From positions 1 to 27,035 of IMG/VR virus record IMGVR_UViG_3300042991_000632: DNA of 27,035 bases, one strand, 5' to 3'. The DNA is from a virus. Lineage: Duplodnaviria > Heunggongvirae > Uroviricota > Caudoviricetes. The translations under genes were made by a program, and so were the position numbers. The notes beneath the pieces are model-generated. The model saw only the letters and a program-made list of their open reading frames with translations, searched no databases and was not told where the DNA came from. Every line of letters begins with the position of its first letter. Within the stretch, counting starts at the first letter, position 1. This document shows positions 23,938 through 27,035 of the stretch, piece after piece.

Positions 23938-24444
23938 ATGGGATACACACATTACTGGATAGGAAAAAGGAGCACGGATGAGAACTGGAACAAGTTCCGG
24001 GAAGCATGCGAGAAGTTATACCAGAATCTTCCTGAAAAGACAGATACTGCAGGTGGATTCTATAAAGACAGCAAACTGAACATAGGATCAGGAAGTGGAA
24101 AAGGCAAGCCAGTGTTTGATGGAGTAATGGTTGACTTCAACGGAAGAGGAAATGAACTTAGTAATGAAGGATTCAGGATTGTGAAACATGCCGGAGATTG
24201 GGATTTCTGCAAGACAGCCAGAAAACCGTATGATCTTCTGGTGGTTGCTGTCCTGATCGCTGCATGGCAGATTCTGGATTACAGGTTTGATTCTGACGGT
24301 TTCACTGATTACAAAGGTGAGAAGCATATCAATGACCTGATACCCGGCATGAACTTCTACAATGAAGTTATGAGACCAGATGTGCTCATAACAGAAGACA
24401 TGCTCTGGGAGCAGTGTAAAGAAAAGAATGAATTGGTTTCATAA
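23938..24444 (+). CDS. Hypothetical phage protein
   Basis: 168 aa; MGYTHYW...FNG...FCKTARKPYD. Confidence 0.8.
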   Translation: MGYTHYWIGKRSTDENWNKFREACEKLYQNLPEKTDTAGGFYKDSKLNIGSGSGKGKPVFDGVMVDFNGRGNELSNEGFRIVKHAGDWDFCKTARKPYDLLVVAVLIAAWQILDYRFDSDGFTDYKGEKHINDLIPGMNFYNEVMRPDVLITEDMLWEQCKEKNELVS

Positions 24445-24503
24445 AGATATTTCTGCCTCGATTCGAGAGGCAATTGTGTGTGGTTAATACGTTGGTTAGT
24501 ATG

Positions 24504-24539
24504 CCCTACAGAAGTTGTGACCCTGTAGGGTTTTTTTTT
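24504..24539 (+). terminator. Intrinsic terminator
   Basis: CCCTACAG...CTGTAGGG plus T9. Confidence 0.8.
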
Positions 24540-24546
24540 ACCCGGC

Positions 24547-24572
24547 TGCAATATTTCAGGAAGTTTTACGTA
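24547..24572 (+). promoter_or_regulatory. ECF-type promoter TGCAAT-N16-CGTA
   Basis: Exact match; followed by a non-coding element. Confidence 0.8.
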
Positions 24573-24584
24573 CTATATATGTAA

Positions 24585-24684
24585 CAGATTTTATTTAAGA
24601 ATTGTGTAATAGGAACATCACCTGAGACCGGGTAGACTCCAACTTACTTTATAGTCTGAATTTAGAATCATTCTAAACAACAGC
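24585..24684 (+). ncRNA. Putative structured small RNA/leader, copy 2
   Basis: Paralog of 18581-18681, at the same position relative to its promoter. Confidence 0.5.
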
Positions 24685-24775
24685 CAGAAATGAACAGTTT
24701 TTATTTAAAAACATACTGTATTTAAAGTTGATGATGTTTTTATTTAAAAAATAAATGAAATATATTTTGCAATAT

Positions 24776-24801
24776 TGCAATATTTGTGTACTTTTGACGT
24801 A
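24776..24801 (+). promoter_or_regulatory. ECF-type promoter TGCAAT-N16-CGTA
   Basis: Exact match; -35 overlaps the palindrome TTGCAATATTGCAA (24767-24780); upstream of the rIIA-like gene. Confidence 0.8.
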
Positions 24802-24843
24802 TTATACATACAAACACTTAGTATTAACCAAAATTTAAAACAC

Positions 24844-27035
24844 ATGGAACTTAACATTAAAACACTTGGATCGCAGGACACGCAATCAACAACAGATGTC
24901 AAGAAAATGCGTCTCGATGATGATGCTGCTGCAATGGTCTTTCAGATGTTCTCGAAGACAATCTATTCAAACCCAATTGGTACGGTAGTCCGTGAGATCA
25001 CCAGTAATGCTGTTGACAGTCACATTGAAGCAGGTATCAATCTCCCTGTACTTATCAAAAGATCAATTGACGGTGAGACCGGAACACACTATATATCTTT
25101 CATAGATTACGGTGTTGGTATGTCTCCTGAACGTATTGAGGAAGTTTACATGACCTTCTTTAAATCGACCAAACGTGCCGACAATTCACAAATCGGTGGC
25201 TTTGGCATCGGTGGCAAAACTCCACTGGCATACAAACGTTCAACAGGTTACGGTGAGGGTGAATATGATAACAGTTATCAGATTATTACCGCATTCAACG
25301 GCATGAAATACAGTTACTTGGTGTATGAGGGCAAGGAAACTCCGCTTGTTGCCTTACAGCACACTGAACCTACCAAAGAACACAATGGTACGGAAATACG
25401 CATACCAGTACTGGAAAAAGATATGGAGACCTTTGCAAAAGAAATGGTCAAGCAATTGTACTACTTCGAGAATGTTATCTTTGAAGGTTTCGAAAACGAA
25501 TGGCGTTACAGTGAAGTATTGACCAATGATTATAGTATCATTCGTGGTAAGAACTTCCTGTACAGGGGTAATGATGTGAACAGTGCAATGCACGTCTGTT
25601 TAGGCAGGGTTGCATACCCAATTAACTATGACTTACTTAACTTAAACTCAAGCGATTACTACCTGCCAATTGCAGTAAAGGTTGAGATAGGTGAGATCAG
25701 TGTAACAGCATCGAGAGAGCAGTTGGATTACAGCGAGACTACCATAAAGGTTTTGAAGAAGAAACTGGCAGAAGCAAAGGCAGAGATCGCTGAACTGATT
25801 GCAAAACAGTATGCCAATATTGTAACTCTGGAAGATTACTTTAAGGTGAAGCATGAATTTGGGAAACTCGAATTTCCAAATGGAATGACCATGAGTGTAA
25901 GCAGTCTGATTAAACAGGCTGATGTTGACTTCTCCAATTTCAGGTATAACTTTATGAAGATGCCGAATGACAGACAGTTGTTCAAATTCTTCTTCGAGGT
26001 TAAATCATACGGTAAGAAACCGTCAAGGTCAAGGTATTCATCAAAGTACGAATTTGAAGGTGGCTACAGGGAATTGGGTGAAAGCGGTAATATATTGTAC
26101 GTTGATGGTGAATTCAATCGCAAGGTTGTTAAACAGGCATACCTGAAATCAAAACATGACCTGTACCATATTATAATGTGCAGAGACATCACTGGTGGCT
26201 TCATCAGAACAGAGATCGCTGAATTATTCAATGTCCATGTTGATAGTACTGTTGATGCTAACGGCAAACCGATTACCTATGTACAGTCGCTGATTGATAT
26301 GCAGGAAGAATACTTTACTATTGTACAGCAGTATGCAAAAGACTATGACAGTATTGAAGTGCCGGAAGATTTCATTGCCAATCGCAAAAGGAAGAATGGA
26401 ATGTCGCAGGATGTTCGCAACACTACCATACCTGTTAAGTATCTTGGTTACTATGGCAAACGGAGAACGAAACTGGATGACCTGTTCAAACTCAATACGC
26501 CTATCTTCTATGCTACACAAGAGAATGAAAGTGCATTGTCCAAAGCATACGAAATGTACAAGGCATTGTTCGATGAAAAGGCAATTGGTTACTATGACGA
26601 ATACAGTAAGAAATTCACAACTGGTTATGACAATCATTCTTACAGGAAAACCAGTGGTAACACTTCTCCGAAGAGCAAGATATTGTTCATAGTGCTGTCA
26701 ACAGCAAACGTGAAGTACATGGAGTATTGCAAGAAAGCATACAAGCCGGAAGAATTTGGTTGGAGAATGCTGTATCGTAAAGAGAATATTGTCAGGTCAT
26801 ATTTCCAGACCTTTGACATCAAGAATACTTGGGATAACGTTGATGTAATGTACAGGATAGAATCTTTCTCAAAGGTTAATGCAACATGGGGAAAGAAGAT
26901 AAAGGAAGTATCAGCATTCATCGAATCGCTTCCGACATCAAAAGGCAAAACTGATATTGGTTATCTGAAAGAACAGTTAGGCAAATTCTTTGACCTTACT
27001 GATACCGGAATGACAGCCGAACAGAAACGTATCAG
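24844..27035 (+). CDS. rIIA: rIIA-like protein with N-terminal GHKL (HATPase_c/Hsp90-like) ATPase, truncated at window end (>730 aa)
   Basis: Manual translation: IYSNPIGTVVREITSNAVDSH (N box), DYGVGMS (G1), STKRADNSQIGGFGIGGK (G2); frame appears open to 27035; absent from the ORF track. Confidence 0.75.
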   Translation, partial: MELNIKTLGSQDTQSTTDVKKMRLDDDAAAMVFQMFSKTIYSNPIGTVVREITSNAVDSHIEAGINLPVLIKRSIDGETGTHYISFIDYGVGMSPERIEEVYMTFFKSTKRADNSQIGGFGIGGKTPLAYKRSTGYGEGEYDNSYQIITAFNGMKYSYLVYEGKETPLVALQHTEPTKEHNGTEIRIPVLEKDMETFAKEMVKQLYYFENVIFEGFENEWRYSEVLTNDYSIIRGKNFLYRGNDVNSAMHVCLGRVAYPINYDLLNLNSSDYYLPIAVKVEIGEISVTASREQLDYSETTIKVLKKKLAEAKAEIAELIAKQYANIVTLEDYFKVKHEFGKLEFPNGMTMSVSSLIKQADVDFSNFRYNFMKMPNDRQLFKFFFEVKSYGKKPSRSRYSSKYEFEGGYRELGESGNILYVDGEFNRKVVKQAYLKSKHDLYHIIMCRDITGGFIRTEIAELFNVHVDSTVDANGKPITYVQSLIDMQEEYFTIVQQYAKDYDSIEVPEDFIANRKRKNGMSQDVRNTTIPVKYLGYYGKRRTKLDDLFKLNTPIFYATQENESALSKAYEMYKALFDEKAIGYYDEYSKKFTTGYDNHSYRKTSGNTSPKSKILFIVLSTANVKYMEYCKKAYKPEEFGWRMLYRKENIVRSYFQTFDIKNTWDNVDVMYRIESFSKVNATWGKKIKEVSAFIESLPTSKGKTDIGYLKEQLGKFFDLTDTGMTAEQKRI

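Noticed and set aside
16446-24584. ATGTAA start-stop mini-ORFs just after several promoters
   Set aside because: Other promoters have TGTAAC or ATGTAC at the same place without a start-stop, so it looks like a leader motif rather than translation
11500-24801. Repeated GCAATATT...CGTA blocks as a CRISPR array
   Set aside because: Spacing is irregular (hundreds of bp to >1 kb) and intervening sequences are genes; the two-box fixed-gap layout fits promoters
576-26948. Many short antisense or alternate-frame ORFs in the track (e.g. 1924-2211, 4438-4695, 10306-10536, 13187-13588, 21895-22287, 23376-23735, 26224-26692)
   Set aside because: They overlap better-supported genes or RNA elements, lack leaders and have atypical composition
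1-27035. Stop-codon reassignment as in some large phages
   Set aside because: Long ORFs are intact under code 11, and TAG and TGA both act as normal stops abutting next genes or terminators

Overview
A 27-kb AT-rich fragment of a large tailed phage genome, probably infecting Bacteroidota (TAnnTTTG-type promoters, A/C-rich leaders without Shine-Dalgarno motifs, standard genetic code). It has two halves. Left (1-9.7 kb): small hypothetical genes, an ECF sigma factor, a 1192-aa modular polyvalent-type protein (ART-like, 2x ParB-like, papain-like and repeat modules joined by I/L-x-E linkers) and a PARP/ART-like protein, with several genes preceded by TATTTATA. Junction (9.7-10.0 kb): a non-coding stretch with palindromes and a four-tract G-quadruplex motif. 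Right (10.0-27 kb): a second ECF sigma factor followed by about 30 early-type genes and 20 copies of a fixed-spacing promoter, TGCAAT-N16-CGTA, several with the -35 box inside the loop of the upstream terminator hairpin. This half also holds a duplicated ~100-nt non-coding element with a compensatory base-pair change, a 128-nt tRNA-like RNA with an expanded anticodon arm, an endonuclease VII-type homing gene that appears to have split a promoter hairpin, DUF932-like and GP88-like genes, and a truncated rIIA-like GHKL ATPase. Two ORF-track problems: the 20259-20693 ORF is on the minus strand, not plus, and the rIIA-like ORF is absent. All family calls come from motif recognition by eye; no searches were run.
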